Source: Paraspadella gotoi
Taxonomy: Eukaryota > Animalia > Chaetognatha
NCBI GenBank assembly: GCA_051294375.1
Contig: CM119265.1
Coordinates: 6,209,489-6,273,488 of the forward strand
Reading direction: 5' to 3'
Length of the DNA: 64,000 bases
Part shown: positions 63,395 through 64,000 of the stretch, piece by piece
How positions within the stretch are numbered: the first letter of the stretch is position 1
How the letters are laid out: each line of letters opens with the position of its first letter
Notes under the pieces: model-generated
Told to the model about the DNA's origin: nothing
The model's input: the letters and a program-made list of their open reading frames with translations, nothing else
Databases searched by the model: none
Position numbers and translations under genes: made by a program

Positions 63395-63874
63395 TCTCTT
63401 TTCAACTAGCCGAGGATTCTTTTGTCATTTTAAAACTTATGCAAACTATAAAATTATGTTGAACGTCCGCTATCGCCGCCGCATTTTGCTGCTGCCACTA
63501 CCATCATCGCCGCTGCTGAGTGCTGAGCCTTCGCCGCCGCCGCCGCATCAGCCGCGGCTTCAGCCGACCCGATTGTAAATTCATCAGCCGTTTTTTTTTC
63601 GGCCATGAAGGCTCGTAACATTAACGTCTTTAATCATTCACACCAGCTTTACTTTCTTTTGGTTATTTCCCTTTTTTTTTATAGTACAACTTATCTCCCA
63701 GTTTTTTGCACTTAAATCTTTTCCTCTTTACGCAAAATAATATAAATTTAAATTCTAATCTCATAAAAATACAGATTTTTAGTTTCCTTTAAAAACTTGA
63801 CGCTGAACGGAGGATGTTAAGAGCAGGATTAGTAGTTGAGCCTTAATATATTTTATATGGGGACTGAGAGAGAG

Positions 63875-63934
<60 letters not shown>

Positions 63935-64000
63935 ACTCCTCCTATATTTTAGTTATGCTAATTTCGTTTTTCAGTCTCGACAACAGAAACACGGATTTAA

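Overview
Eukaryotic (probably invertebrate animal) genomic DNA from a draft, long-read gap-filled assembly: AT-rich, saturated with (GA/CT)n, (CTTT)n and (GAC)n microsatellites, with many N gaps. The only gene I can identify is a 9-exon minus-strand group II PLP-dependent aromatic amino acid decarboxylase (DDC/HDC/TDC family, about 500 aa, 10770 to 6926). Its catalytic-loop Tyr (Y332 of mammalian DDC) is Phe, the substitution that turns plant and mutant mammalian decarboxylases into aromatic aldehyde synthases, and its PLP motif reads NPTK. The window also holds a Penelope-like repeat family with hammerhead-like motifs (tandem in intron 3 of the gene), two Helentron-associated (HINE/DINE-1-like) elements, a possible tRNA-derived SINE, a C-rich minisatellite and a frame-broken spliced gene of unknown product at about 17-19.3 kb. 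About 15 kb of the window (a 5-kb inverted foldback, a 5-kb direct duplication and duplications around 25-N gaps) is most likely assembly artefact. Nearly all ORFs in the supplied track are microsatellite read-throughs. All alignments were made by eye, against reference sequences recalled from memory.
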